A stretch of 64,000 nucleotides of DNA from Candidatus Uhrbacteria bacterium RIFCSPLOWO2_01_FULL_47_17 (GCA_001791305.1 MGEI01000003.1:112872-176871), one strand, 5' to 3'; shown: positions 47,961-58,293, counted from the stretch's first letter. Translations and numbers: made by a program. The notes: generated by a model not told the origin, from the letters alone.

Positions 47961-49519
47961 TTCAAGAATTCCTCGGAAAACCATTTCGATATGCTCTCCT
48001 CGGATTCGTGGGAATTTTTGTGCTGTCCATGGTCGGATATTTCTCGCATACGAGTCTGTTTATTCTCGGCCTCCTCGGTCTCGCAACAGCATTCGTGACA
48101 TTTCGACGACTCGAGTACGGACTCGCTATTGCGTTTCTTGAGCTCCTCTCAAACGCGCATGGGTTCATTTTGTACGACTCGATCGGAGGAATGCGAATCT
48201 CTGCGCGCATGGTGATATTCATCGGTGTGTTTTTCGGATGGGGAATTGCCCTGCTGCTTCGACGCGCATCGCTTCGGTTACGAGATACTCGTTACGCACC
48301 GTTCGTTCTCCTCGCTCTTGCGATCTTGATAGGGGGAATCATAGGACTTACGCGTCGATCGCTCACAGAAGTCTTCCAAGATGGAAATGCCTATTTGTAT
48401 TTGTTATACCTCATTCCGATTCTGAATGTCTCATGGGACAGCTTAAAACAACGTGTCGCCCTTCAAATGCTCGCAGCGGCAACTATTTTTACGACCGCCA
48501 TTTCACTTTTCATTCTCTACGCATTCACGCATCTTTCCCAATCCTTTCTGCGAGTTATCTATGTCTATCTGCGTGATATCCGTTTTGCTGAAATGACACA
48601 TATTGGCATGGGGATGTATCGGATCTTTGAACAAACGCAGGTGTTTGCAATCGTATTTGGATTGATTCTGCTTGAGCGACAGTTTCGAATACAAAACAAA
48701 CAGGACCGCTGGCTCAGTATTGGACTTTTATCTTGTGTGTTCATTTCGATTTTCATCGGCATGTCACGCAGTTTTCTTTTTGGATTATTGCCAGCTCTCT
48801 TGATTCTTGTCGCGTGGCTTTTCATTGGACTCAAGGTATCTCTTCGAAATTGGCTTCACGGTATTGGATTGATGATCGCCTCTATGGCGATAGCTGCCGG
48901 ACTTATTTACGCAACTGTTATTTTTCCATTTCCACATACGCGTGCAGCCGGAGAATATCTGACAGGTGTGTTTGGCGAACGCGCGAGTGGAACAGATGTT
49001 GCTGTTTCGAGTCGTTGGAACTTACTCTACCCAATGCTCGATCTCATTAAGTCTGATCCAATTCTCGGCAATGGATTCGGCCAAACGGTGACGTTCATCA
49101 CGGACGATCCTCGTATCCGCGCAATTCTTCCGGACGGCTCATGGACAACAACTTCCATGGAATGGGGTTGGCTTGAGCTTTGGCTTAAGATGGGGATTCT
49201 CGCACCGCTTGGATTCCTTGCAATTTTTGCATATGTTACATACGCCTCTTCGAGAATGTTTCGATCAGACAAGGCATGGATTGGGGTGTGGATTCTTTCG
49301 TTCATGACATTTTTGTATTTCACGCATTTCTTTTCACCTTATTTGAATCACCCAATCGGAATCGGCCTAGTTTTGCTTGCTGTCATTTTTCTGCCGAACG
49401 TGACATTGTCCGGGTTACGCATTCGCTTATTTGCCAAACAAAAAATGCCGAGAGTGGGGCTCGCGACACCTTTGGTGACTTCGAAGAAAGAGCGAATGAG
49501 TGATGGGGTGGTAGAGTGA
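47957..49519 (+). CDS. O-antigen ligase/polymerase family membrane protein
   Basis: Multi-TM; SRS, SSRWN, PILGNGFG, WLELWLKMGI. Confidence 0.8.
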   Translation: MIQEFLGKPFRYALLGFVGIFVLSMVGYFSHTSLFILGLLGLATAFVTFRRLEYGLAIAFLELLSNAHGFILYDSIGGMRISARMVIFIGVFFGWGIALLLRRASLRLRDTRYAPFVLLALAILIGGIIGLTRRSLTEVFQDGNAYLYLLYLIPILNVSWDSLKQRVALQMLAAATIFTTAISLFILYAFTHLSQSFLRVIYVYLRDIRFAEMTHIGMGMYRIFEQTQVFAIVFGLILLERQFRIQNKQDRWLSIGLLSCVFISIFIGMSRSFLFGLLPALLILVAWLFIGLKVSLRNWLHGIGLMIASMAIAAGLIYATVIFPFPHTRAAGEYLTGVFGERASGTDVAVSSRWNLLYPMLDLIKSDPILGNGFGQTVTFITDDPRIRAILPDGSWTTTSMEWGWLELWLKMGILAPLGFLAIFAYVTYASSRMFRSDKAWIGVWILSFMTFLYFTHFFSPYLNHPIGIGLVLLAVIFLPNVTLSGLRIRLFAKQKMPRVGLATPLVTSKKERMSDGVVE

Positions 49520-49532
49520 AGGAAGAAAAAAA

Positions 49533-50492
49533 TTATTCATTTCGTAAAAAATTTGTTTCCAGGAAAGTTTTATGTCCTCGCACATATTCGTTCGGGGACA
49601 TTTTTTGTTTACCTTCAGGTTGAATGGTTATGAGTTCAAGAAGGGAATGATCAACGCAGACAACGGAGATGTGTCCGTTTTCCTCGAGAACACTACCGGG
49701 TGCACGATCGGACATTCCGTCGAGATGCTGTACTTCGTGCACAACGATGCGAACATTGTTTCCATCCTCGCCCCAAACAAAATACGTTCCGGGCCAAGGC
49801 TTCATGGCGCGCACGTGTCTGTCAATTTCGACAGCAGACTTCGACCAGTCGATCTTGCCATCTTCTTTTGCGAGCATCTTCGAATAGGTTGCGAGCGCGT
49901 TATCTTGCGGAATAGCGACGCGTTCTTCGGTTGTCCACTTACGCAGTGCCTCGAGAAACAGAGGAACGCCGATGGCAATGATTTTCGGCTGAATCGTTTC
50001 GCCGGTCTCTCGTTCATCGATCGGAAACTCTCGCACTGCAAGAACGGGGCCCGTGTCCATTCCTTCGTCGAGAAGCATAATTGAGACGCCCGTTACTTTT
50101 TCGCCCATACGAATCGCTTCTTGAAATGGCGATGGTCCGCGGTACTTTGGCAATAACGATGGATGAACATTGATACAGCCAAACTTTGGAAGATCAAGAA
50201 CGGCTTTCGGAATAATTTTTCCGTATACGACAACAACGAATACATCCGCGTTCAGTTTTGAGAGTTCTGCCGCAACTTCCTCGGTCCGTAATGATTTGTA
50301 TGTGAGTGCGGGGATATTGTGTTTAAGAGCGAACTCGTGCACAGCCGACTTTGTCATGATTGCTTTTCGACCTACAGGTTTTTCGGGTTGTGTGACAACC
50401 GCCACAACATCAAAATCCGTGCTCTGTACGAGCGCGGATAAAAAGGGAACGGAGAGTTCCGGGCTGCCAAAATAGACAACGCGAGTCTTCAT
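49533..50492 (-). CDS. fmt: Methionyl-tRNA formyltransferase
   Basis: VVTQP.KPVGR, INVHPSLLPKYRG.SP, MDTGP. Confidence 0.97.
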   Translation of the reverse strand: MKTRVVYFGSPELSVPFLSALVQSTDFDVVAVVTQPEKPVGRKAIMTKSAVHEFALKHNIPALTYKSLRTEEVAAELSKLNADVFVVVVYGKIIPKAVLDLPKFGCINVHPSLLPKYRGPSPFQEAIRMGEKVTGVSIMLLDEGMDTGPVLAVREFPIDERETGETIQPKIIAIGVPLFLEALRKWTTEERVAIPQDNALATYSKMLAKEDGKIDWSKSAVEIDRHVRAMKPWPGTYFVWGEDGNNVRIVVHEVQHLDGMSDRAPGSVLEENGHISVVCVDHSLLELITIQPEGKQKMSPNEYVRGHKTFLETNFLRNE

Positions 50493-50965
50493 AGCTTTGG
50501 ATGCGTGGTGTATCGAAGCACCTTATCGATAAACAAAATACCGTCCAAGTGATCAATTTCATGTTGAAAGACAATCGCCATCAGACCTTCTGCGCGGAAT
50601 GTTTCGTTCAAACCTTTTATGTTTTGTGCTGTAACGGTTACGGATCGGTGGCGCTTTACGATCCCGAAGACACCAGGAACGGAAAGGCATCCTTCTTCGC
50701 TTTCGATTTTTGTAAAAGATTTGGATGTAATTTTTGGATTGAAAAAGGCTTGCGGTTTGTTATTTCCCACATCCACAATGATCATGCGTTTGTGTACACC
50801 AATTTGGGGCGCGGCAATGCCGATCCCGTTTTCCACGCGCATGGTTTCAATAAGGTCGCGTGTGAGAGCTGCTGTTTCTTTCGTTCCGAACTCTTCTTTT
50901 GGAAAATCAGAAGAGATCACACGAAGATCAGCGTTTGGAGAAGTAAGAACCGTTTTAGATGTCAT
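50489..50965 (-). CDS. def: Peptide deformylase
   Basis: GIGIAAPQIG, EGCLS, QHEIDHL. Confidence 0.98.
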   Translation of the reverse strand: MTSKTVLTSPNADLRVISSDFPKEEFGTKETAALTRDLIETMRVENGIGIAAPQIGVHKRMIIVDVGNNKPQAFFNPKITSKSFTKIESEEGCLSVPGVFGIVKRHRSVTVTAQNIKGLNETFRAEGLMAIVFQHEIDHLDGILFIDKVLRYTTHPKL

Positions 50966-50977
50966 AGGAAAAGAATT

Positions 50978-52822
50978 TTAGCCCGTATTTGCTTGCGTGT
51001 CAATGATAACACGATCCGGAATGGTTCGGAATAATGCGAGGAGTTTTGGGCGATCTTCTGGCGGATAACGGAGTTCGAGTGTGTATTCTGAGTCAGCGGA
51101 CGACCTGCCTTTTTTGATACGTACTATGCTCGACACAGCACGAATTTGTTGAACAAGTTGGTTCTGCAGGATGTCTGCCTTGCGTGGTTCTGTCTCTTCG
51201 AACGTGAGTGTTGAGATTTCACAGAATGGTGGCTGAATGTACGACCGGCGTGCCTCGCGTTCCATGGCGAGGGATGCAATTGGATTTTCGAAGTACTCGG
51301 CGAAGAATGGAACGGAGCGAGTTTGTAAGAAGAATTGCGCGCGATTTGCAAATGCAAGCGCACGCCAGCCTTCGCATTCGTACAGTGCCGCCTCGCTTGC
51401 GCGGTATGTTGGGCGAAAGAGCGGCGCGTCTGCGTCGAGAAGAACAACAAGGGCGAATCGATCCGGAGTGAATGCGTTTGCCATTTGTTCAAGGTAGTAG
51501 GACGTGGCGATCACGAGCGATGCGTTCCGGTTCATGATCGGATGTTCTTTGTCAATGAGGCATGTCGAGACGGTCGGAAATTCTTTCTGGAGCAGAGCAT
51601 CAATCTTTTGATTACCGAATCCAGATTCTTTGAGTGTTGCTTCATGACACTTCGGACACGATCGAATAATCGGAATGGATGATTTGCATCGGACGCAACG
51701 CATCAACAGGTCATCAAGAATCATTCCGTTGCTACACGTTTCACAGACGACATCCGAAGCGCACGATGTGCAACTGAGTCGTCGAGCATGATGTTTTTTG
51801 TTGAGAACGACAAGAACACGCTCACCGCGTTCAAGACATTCCTGTGTTGCCTGATAGGTTTCATGCGAAATCCAATGCCCGATCGCGGATGCACGACTTT
51901 GGTGCTCCATATCGATGATGCACGGCTCGAGATTCGGCGGCGTGCCGATGATATTTGTCTTCGAGAATACAAGTGTGTCTTCGATGCGCGGCATGACATC
52001 GAGAAAGAACAGATTCGTGTGATGATGCTCGGCAAGCATGTGCGCAACTGTTCGTCCATCAAATCGAGGATTTTGTTCGTGATGTCCATGGTTCTCGTGA
52101 CTCGAACGCACCACAAAAATCGTTGTTGTCTTCGAGTCTGTTGCAAACAAAACATTTTTTGTGCCAATCATGACACATGCGTCTGCATTTCTATGCGCAT
52201 TCCAAACAGCAAACTGTGTTCCTGTGTTTTCTTCGCCCGTGAGAAGAAAGCGGGTCTCGAGCGGTAAGTGCGCGTAAAGTCTTTGTGCATCGAGGATCGT
52301 CGGGCAAAGCACAACGCACTTCTGTTCCGGTTTCAATCGGAGATATCCTGCGATTACGCACGCCATGCGTCGAATGTCCGAAACATGCGCAAACGCACGA
52401 CTGCGTTCGGTTAATTGTTGCGCGGTCGATTGCAGGCCGTCGAGTTCTGACGGCGTGATCGTGAGGGGTTCGTTTGGTGCGATGGGTGCTGTTTTTGTTG
52501 CGATGCGTTTCGGAAATTCGGGTAAGCAACTATTCAAGATAGACGGAACAGATTGAGCGAGCTCACTCGCGAGATGCTCGAAGAACGATAGTTCCGTATC
52601 TGAAAACGTGATACGAGAATCAAGCTTCGTAATAGCTTTCAATCGGAACGCGCGATCTTGTACGTTCTTTATGCGCGAGATGACACCAAAAACGGATGTA
52701 GCGCGAAAGGGAATCACAACAACATCACCTCGCTTAAGGTGATGAAGTTCTTCGGGCACCGCATAGTCAAAGACGGTGACATGTCGAGGCATGCGCATGA
52801 TTGGATACACTTCCGCAATCAT
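50978..52822 (-). CDS. priA: Primosomal protein N' (degenerate helicase)
   Basis: N-terminal FDY.VP..GDVVVIPF; four CxxC pairs; C-terminal PPF; no intact Walker A or DEAH. Confidence 0.85.
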   Translation of the reverse strand: MIAEVYPIMRMPRHVTVFDYAVPEELHHLKRGDVVVIPFRATSVFGVISRIKNVQDRAFRLKAITKLDSRITFSDTELSFFEHLASELAQSVPSILNSCLPEFPKRIATKTAPIAPNEPLTITPSELDGLQSTAQQLTERSRAFAHVSDIRRMACVIAGYLRLKPEQKCVVLCPTILDAQRLYAHLPLETRFLLTGEENTGTQFAVWNAHRNADACVMIGTKNVLFATDSKTTTIFVVRSSHENHGHHEQNPRFDGRTVAHMLAEHHHTNLFFLDVMPRIEDTLVFSKTNIIGTPPNLEPCIIDMEHQSRASAIGHWISHETYQATQECLERGERVLVVLNKKHHARRLSCTSCASDVVCETCSNGMILDDLLMRCVRCKSSIPIIRSCPKCHEATLKESGFGNQKIDALLQKEFPTVSTCLIDKEHPIMNRNASLVIATSYYLEQMANAFTPDRFALVVLLDADAPLFRPTYRASEAALYECEGWRALAFANRAQFFLQTRSVPFFAEYFENPIASLAMEREARRSYIQPPFCEISTLTFEETEPRKADILQNQLVQQIRAVSSIVRIKKGRSSADSEYTLELRYPPEDRPKLLALFRTIPDRVIIDTQANTG

Positions 52823-52823
52823 A

Positions 52824-53618
52824 TTAATTCAAATGGAATTGTGCCACGAGTTGTCCGACGCCAAATGGGTGTTCATACGAGAGAATTTCAGGACGCACGG
52901 GCATTTTTTCAAGCATGCCAAACAGAATCAAGAGAGGTCGGTGTGCGCACTCTTGTGAATTCTCGAGCGCGTCATCGTCCATGGAAAGAAGTTGCGAGAG
53001 AGACATGTTCTCAATGGACTTCACCATCGCGATATCGACTTCCTCGCCAGATGGGTGAAAACCAGCGGGAGCATTTGAGGTGAGTGTGTGCGAGAGATCC
53101 CCAGAGGCGATGATAGCAATACGTTTTGAACTTTTCACACAAATATCTTTTAAGATCCGTCCAAACTCAACGTGGGCTTTTGAGGATAAAAAACTGTAGG
53201 CAATTGGAACAATCGTGTGTGTGATTGGTAACGCTTTTGTAAGTAACGTGAGTGGAATTCCAACACCGTAATCAAGGCTCGCGTCTGAGTCGAGGGTGAA
53301 TGGCAGCGTTTCAGAACGCATGCGTCGTTGAATGTTCGTCATGAGTTCAATGTCCGGAAGGAATTCATCATGCGTTCCGTGATCGCCGAATTCTGAAACA
53401 TCGATAAAGTACTCATCATGCATGTTGAGAGAAAAGGCATCCTTGTGCGCACCGCGATGTGTTGAGATCGTTAAAATAACATCAGGGCGTGATGCATAGA
53501 GTTCTTCTGAAAGTCTTTGCATCGCATCAAGTGTTGCTTGCAAGGCTTTCGTATTCTCTTTGCCGATGGATTCAAGCAACAAAGGAGAATGTGGAGTAAA
53601 CGCAGCGAAAGTGATCAT
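52824..53618 (-). CDS. MEMO1/LigB-like class III extradiol dioxygenase family protein
   Basis: TPHSP, LDYG, IASGDLSH, LSYEHPFGVG. Confidence 0.85.
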   Translation of the reverse strand: MITFAAFTPHSPLLLESIGKENTKALQATLDAMQRLSEELYASRPDVILTISTHRGAHKDAFSLNMHDEYFIDVSEFGDHGTHDEFLPDIELMTNIQRRMRSETLPFTLDSDASLDYGVGIPLTLLTKALPITHTIVPIAYSFLSSKAHVEFGRILKDICVKSSKRIAIIASGDLSHTLTSNAPAGFHPSGEEVDIAMVKSIENMSLSQLLSMDDDALENSQECAHRPLLILFGMLEKMPVRPEILSYEHPFGVGQLVAQFHLN

Positions 53619-54637
53619 AACGACGAATAGGTGGATGGAAAGATAAGTGGGCCTTCTGTGTAGCGAGTGAGATCTTTTTGTTTTACTTGAATGACATCAT
53701 GAATGCTGAAACCAGCATCACGGAGGGCGTTCATGGAAATGAATCCACGTCGAACGTTATCGACGATTAAATAAATGGATCCGGTCGGAGAACGGAGAAG
53801 GGAATAATTTGGAAAATCGATTGGTGCTCCGTCTGGATATTGTTCTATGATCGAAATACTCGTCGGAAGAATTGTGTTTGCATTGAATCGTGATTTCAGA
53901 ACAGCCTCCGAGATGATTGGCCGTTTTTTTCCACCCTGTACAAGCCAGACCCCACCAGTTTTTCGACTTTGAATAAGTGTTCCGTCCGGAAACATTTTTG
54001 TGAACCATCGATTCCAAATGTTCATGAAGTTCACATTTCCTTGTTTGTGCGGCGTGTACGTATAAAGCGCGGCGGTTGCGTTGTTTTGCGGGACAAGTGC
54101 GGCGCCATCGATCATGGATTCAATGCCGGGACCGTATCCGGATGAGGTCTTTCCCTGTATGAGCAGCTTTGACAAGTAGGCTTCACGAATGTGTTTTGTG
54201 GCAAAATAAATTTGTTTTCCAAATCCGCGATATTTTTGCAGTCGAGGATCAGACTTTGAACAGTCGTCACAAATCGCATACCCCATCGCCCAATCAAGTT
54301 GTTTTTGTGTTGCCTTTGGGCTTTCAACAAGACTTTGTTCTTTTTGAAGAATAACCAGGATGACCCGTGGGTTTAAGGTGAACTCTTTCGCTGCATTCGC
54401 GATAATATCTGCAGCGGAACGTGTCACCCCTTTTATGTCTTTCGTTTTATATTTTGCAAGCGATCCTTTTGATAAAAACATTTGGATTTCATTGCGCGAC
54501 ATGGCGTCAACATCTGTCATGTCCGCGTCTGACAACAGGTGCTCAGGGCTTGGAGCTTGTGGCGCAGCCAAAACAACCGTCGGGATCGACGTGGTCAAAA
54601 TAGCGATAAAAATAAGCAATCCCATTGCCTTGTTCAT
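53615..54637 (-). CDS. Secreted hypothetical protein (possible lysozyme-like cell-wall enzyme domain)
   Basis: Signal peptide; LNPRVILVILQKEQSL, AMGY..CD, NNATAALYTYTPH; C-terminal repeated GxxWL/YL..KR modules. Confidence 0.6.
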   Translation of the reverse strand: MNKAMGLLIFIAILTTSIPTVVLAAPQAPSPEHLLSDADMTDVDAMSRNEIQMFLSKGSLAKYKTKDIKGVTRSAADIIANAAKEFTLNPRVILVILQKEQSLVESPKATQKQLDWAMGYAICDDCSKSDPRLQKYRGFGKQIYFATKHIREAYLSKLLIQGKTSSGYGPGIESMIDGAALVPQNNATAALYTYTPHKQGNVNFMNIWNRWFTKMFPDGTLIQSRKTGGVWLVQGGKKRPIISEAVLKSRFNANTILPTSISIIEQYPDGAPIDFPNYSLLRSPTGSIYLIVDNVRRGFISMNALRDAGFSIHDVIQVKQKDLTRYTEGPLIFPSTYSSL

Positions 54638-54707
54638 GGAGAAAGTATATCGCAAAGAGAGTGATTCGACAAACGAAATACAAGCCTTTTTGGCTTGTAT
54701 TTCGAAA

Positions 54708-54735
54708 GGGAACCAAGGCTAAAGCCTCAGATTAC
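54708..54735 (-). repeat. GTAA-tagged REP-like palindrome, copy 3
   Basis: GGGAACCAAGGCTAAAGCCTCAGATTAC; its GTAA tag contains the clpB stop codon. Confidence 0.85.
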
Positions 54736-57380
54736 CGTGATTTCGTTGTGATGATAATCTCGTCTCCCTTCACTCCAACCAGCACTTGTTTACCCTCCTT
54801 AATTTCCCCAGAAACAATTTTGAGGGCGAGCGGATCGAGAATTTGTGTTTGAATGACACGCTTGACCGGACGCGCACCATACGACGGATCGTATCCAAGC
54901 TTTGCGATAAGCGCTCGTGCTGCATTCGAGACAACAAGCTCGATGTGTCGTTGTGTTTTGAGACGAAGTGCCACGCGATCAAGCTGAATTTGCACAATCG
55001 CTTCCATGTCTTCTGGTCGAAGCGCATGAAAGACAATCGTCTCATCGACGCGGTTGAGAAACTCGGGTCGAAAGTGATCTTTCAATAATCCCATGATTGT
55101 TTCGCGAATCTCTTTATCCGATCCGATTTCGACTTCTGATTCCTCGTGGAAGCCCATTGCGCCAAGATTCGCGCCAGCATTGAGAATCAAATCCGATCCA
55201 ATGTTCGAAGTCATGATGATAATCGTATTCTTGAAGTTCACTTTGCGTCCCTTCGCATCGGTCAGATGACCCTCGTCGAGAATTTGGAGGAGCAAGTTGA
55301 ATGTATCCGGATGGGCTTTTTCGATTTCGTCGAAGAGCAAAACGGAATATGGTTTGCGCCGGACAAGCTCGGTGAGTTGTCCGCCTTCCTCGTAACCGAC
55401 ATATCCGGGAGGCGAACCGATAATCTTCGACGTCGCATGTTTTTCCATGTACTCGCTCATGTCGAGGCGAATCATCGCGGACTCATCATTGAACATAAAC
55501 TCAGCGAGTGCTCGCGCAAGTTCCGTCTTTCCAACTCCCGTCGGTCCAAGGAAAATAAACGAACCGATCGGACGATGTTCTTCGCCAATGCCTGCGCGAG
55601 AACGACGAAGTGCGTTCGAGACGGCAGTGATCGCTTCTGCCTGTCCGACGACGCGCTTTGCAAGGTCGTCTTCCATACGCGTAAGTTTTTTCATCTCGGA
55701 TTCGAGCATCTTTGATACGGGAATGTTCGTCCAACGCGATACGACCGTTGCAATATCTTCTTCCGTAATCACTTCTTTCAAGAGCCCGCGTTCTTTCTGA
55801 ATCTTTCGAAGTGCCTCCTCGGCGGATTTCAGTTTCTTCTCCTCAAGCGGCAAGTTCGCATAACGAATCTCCGCCACTTTCTCGAGGTTGCCTTTACGTT
55901 CTTCTTGTTCTGCCTGTAATTTCAGCCGATCGATTGTGGATTTGATTTCGCGAATCAAGGTGATCTTTTCCTTCTCGTTGCGCCACTTTCCCTCGAAGGC
56001 CTCCGTCTGCTCGCGAAGATCCGCGATTTGTTTCTCGATATCCTTAAGTCGCGTCTTCGATTCTTTGTCATCTTCTTTCTGAAGCGCCTTCTCCTCAATT
56101 TCGAGGCGCATAAGATCTCGCTTGAGCACATCGAGTTCTTCAGGCATTGAGTCGATTTGCATACGAAGCGCAGATCCGGCCTCATCCATGAGGTCGACTG
56201 CTTTGTCGGGAAGATTTCGATCTGTAATGTAACGATCGGACAACTCGGCTGCCGAGATGAGGGATGGGTCGGAAATTCGAACACCGTGGTGTGCCTCGTA
56301 CTTTTCTTTGATTCCTCGAAGAATGGCAATTGTGTCTTCGACGGTCGGTTCTTCGACCATCACGGGTTGAAATCGTCGTTCGAGTGCAGGATCTTTTTCG
56401 ATGTAGCGTTGGTATTCCTTAAGCGTCGTTGCACCAATCGCACGCAGCTTGCCTCGCGCAAGTGCAGGCTTCAACATGTTTGATGCGTCCATGGTTCCAC
56501 CTTCGGTTGTTCCAGTTCCAACGAGTGTATGAAGCTCGTCAATAAATAAAATAATCTGCCCGCTAGAACTTTCGATTTCCTTGATGACCGCTTTGAGTCT
56601 TTCCTCGAATTCACCACGAAATTTTGTGCCAGCGACGAGCGCACCGACATCGAGCATGAAAATTGATTTGTTTTTGAGCAGCTCGGGAACGTCACCCGAT
56701 GCAATGCGTTGCGCGAGACCTTCCACAATCGCCGTCTTTCCGACACCTGCTTCTCCGATCAGAACCGGATTGTTCTTGGTGCGTCGAGAAAGAACCTGCA
56801 TAAGGCGACGAATCTCGGTATCGCGACCAATAACAGGATCAAGTTCGGAAAGTCGAGCGGATTCTGTGAGGTCTGTTCCGTATTTTTGCAATGTTTGGTA
56901 GCGCGCTTCCGGCTCGGCCGTGTCGACGCGTTGCGCTCCGCGAATATCTTTCAGTGCGCGCATCACGGATTCTTCTGTGATTTCATATTGTGCAAGCAAT
57001 GACTCGACAGGCTTGTTTGTGAGCAAGGCGAGGAGCAAATGCTCTGTCGAGATGAAGTCATCCTTAAACTCTTTGGCTTTTTTGTGCGCCATAGAAAGTA
57101 CCTCTGCCATTTGTTGGCTGAGATACATTTGTCCAACTCCACCCGCTTGCGGGGCAGGGGACTTTGGAAGCGTTTCGAGAATGTGGTCGAGTTCATGACG
57201 AAGATTTGATTCCTGTGTCGTGATTTTATCGACGATCGTCGGAATGATTCCGTCCTCTTGGGTGAGAAGAGAAACCAAAACGTGAATCGGTTCGAGTGCG
57301 GGCTGACCGTTCTCGATGGCGATATTATGCGCACGCTGAAGAGCTTCTTGGGATTTCAATGTAAAATTATTGGGCATCAT
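54732..57380 (-). CDS. clpB: Chaperone ClpB
   Basis: Two AAA modules ([16 protein letters not shown]), coiled-coil middle domain, [13 protein letters not shown]. Confidence 0.97.
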   Translation of the reverse strand: MMPNNFTLKSQEALQRAHNIAIENGQPALEPIHVLVSLLTQEDGIIPTIVDKITTQESNLRHELDHILETLPKSPAPQAGGVGQMYLSQQMAEVLSMAHKKAKEFKDDFISTEHLLLALLTNKPVESLLAQYEITEESVMRALKDIRGAQRVDTAEPEARYQTLQKYGTDLTESARLSELDPVIGRDTEIRRLMQVLSRRTKNNPVLIGEAGVGKTAIVEGLAQRIASGDVPELLKNKSIFMLDVGALVAGTKFRGEFEERLKAVIKEIESSSGQIILFIDELHTLVGTGTTEGGTMDASNMLKPALARGKLRAIGATTLKEYQRYIEKDPALERRFQPVMVEEPTVEDTIAILRGIKEKYEAHHGVRISDPSLISAAELSDRYITDRNLPDKAVDLMDEAGSALRMQIDSMPEELDVLKRDLMRLEIEEKALQKEDDKESKTRLKDIEKQIADLREQTEAFEGKWRNEKEKITLIREIKSTIDRLKLQAEQEERKGNLEKVAEIRYANLPLEEKKLKSAEEALRKIQKERGLLKEVITEEDIATVVSRWTNIPVSKMLESEMKKLTRMEDDLAKRVVGQAEAITAVSNALRRSRAGIGEEHRPIGSFIFLGPTGVGKTELARALAEFMFNDESAMIRLDMSEYMEKHATSKIIGSPPGYVGYEEGGQLTELVRRKPYSVLLFDEIEKAHPDTFNLLLQILDEGHLTDAKGRKVNFKNTIIIMTSNIGSDLILNAGANLGAMGFHEESEVEIGSDKEIRETIMGLLKDHFRPEFLNRVDETIVFHALRPEDMEAIVQIQLDRVALRLKTQRHIELVVSNAARALIAKLGYDPSYGARPVKRVIQTQILDPLALKIVSGEIKEGKQVLVGVKGDEIIITTKSR

Positions 57381-57399
57381 ATTTGGAATTTTCTTTCGT

Positions 57400-57426
57400 T
57401 TAGCACTCATAATGATAGAGTGCCAA
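57400..57426. promoter_or_regulatory. CIRCE element (HrcA operator) overlapping the clpB promoter
   Basis: TTAGCACTC-N9-GAGTGCCAA, one mismatch from consensus; minus-strand TTGACA-N17-TATCAT at 57412-57440. Confidence 0.9.
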
Positions 57427-57486
57427 AAATGTTTTGTCAAACAAAAATACTTGAATAAGTGTAGCATTTTGATAGACTGTGTGCAC

Positions 57487-58293
57487 ATGCGTCATTTTAT
57501 TTTCGACGTTCCGATCGACGATTTGTCCGATAACGAATTCGACCAACAACTCACAGAATGGGTGAATGGGAACACCTCAAAATTTCTCGCAACTCCAAAC
57601 CCGGAGTTTCTTTTGCTCGCTTCTAAAGACACTGAGTTTCAAAAATTGTTGCAGTCGAGTGATCTCTCTTTGCCCGACGGCGTCGGTCTTCGCTTTGCGA
57701 TTGCAGCTCTGACCGATGAGCGACTGCATCATCGCCACACTGGCGTCGACCTTGTCGATCGCCTGGCCTATTTGTCCTATAAGACCAATAGGCACTTATT
57801 ACTTGTTGGTGGGGAAGAGGGTGCGGCAAAAAAAACAAAACAGTATTTTGAACAAAAATATCCTGGCGTTCGCATTTCTGTTTTTAATCCGGGCCGCATC
57901 GATTTACATTACAGGGGTACCCACGAGGGGTACCCCTACGACCTAGCCGGATTCAATGCCGATATCATGCTCGTTGCGCTCGGTCAAAAAAAACAGGAAC
58001 AATTTATCAAACAGGCGTTGCCGAATCTTCCATCCGTTCGGATCGCTGTCGGTGTTGGTGGTGCGTTCGAGATGATCTCGAGGATGAAGCCTCGTGCACC
58101 TCAGTTCATGTTGCGCATGGGTCTCGAATGGCTCTGGCGCGTCATGATCGAGCCTTCACGAGCGGGCCGCATTTTAAACGCGACTTTCGTCTTTCCGATC
58201 GTCGTCGTTTGCGCTACACTAAGGCAGCACAGATTCTGGAAAGCTTGCAGAAAGGTCATCCCTGAAATTTATCGTCAATTAAGCGGAAAGTGA
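57487..58293 (+). CDS. WecG/TagA/CpsF-family glycosyltransferase
   Basis: TPNPE, PDGVG, GVDL, VGVGGAF, RAP..M..MGLEWLWR. Confidence 0.92.
   Translation: MRHFIFDVPIDDLSDNEFDQQLTEWVNGNTSKFLATPNPEFLLLASKDTEFQKLLQSSDLSLPDGVGLRFAIAALTDERLHHRHTGVDLVDRLAYLSYKTNRHLLLVGGEEGAAKKTKQYFEQKYPGVRISVFNPGRIDLHYRGTHEGYPYDLAGFNADIMLVALGQKKQEQFIKQALPNLPSVRIAVGVGGAFEMISRMKPRAPQFMLRMGLEWLWRVMIEPSRAGRILNATFVFPIVVVCATLRQHRFWKACRKVIPEIYRQLSGK
57915..57939 (-). repeat. GTAG-type REP, copy 3 (inside the WecG-family CDS, opposite orientation)
   Basis: Reverse complement GTAGGGGTACCCCTCGTGGGTACCC; translated GTHEGYPY. Confidence 0.85.
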
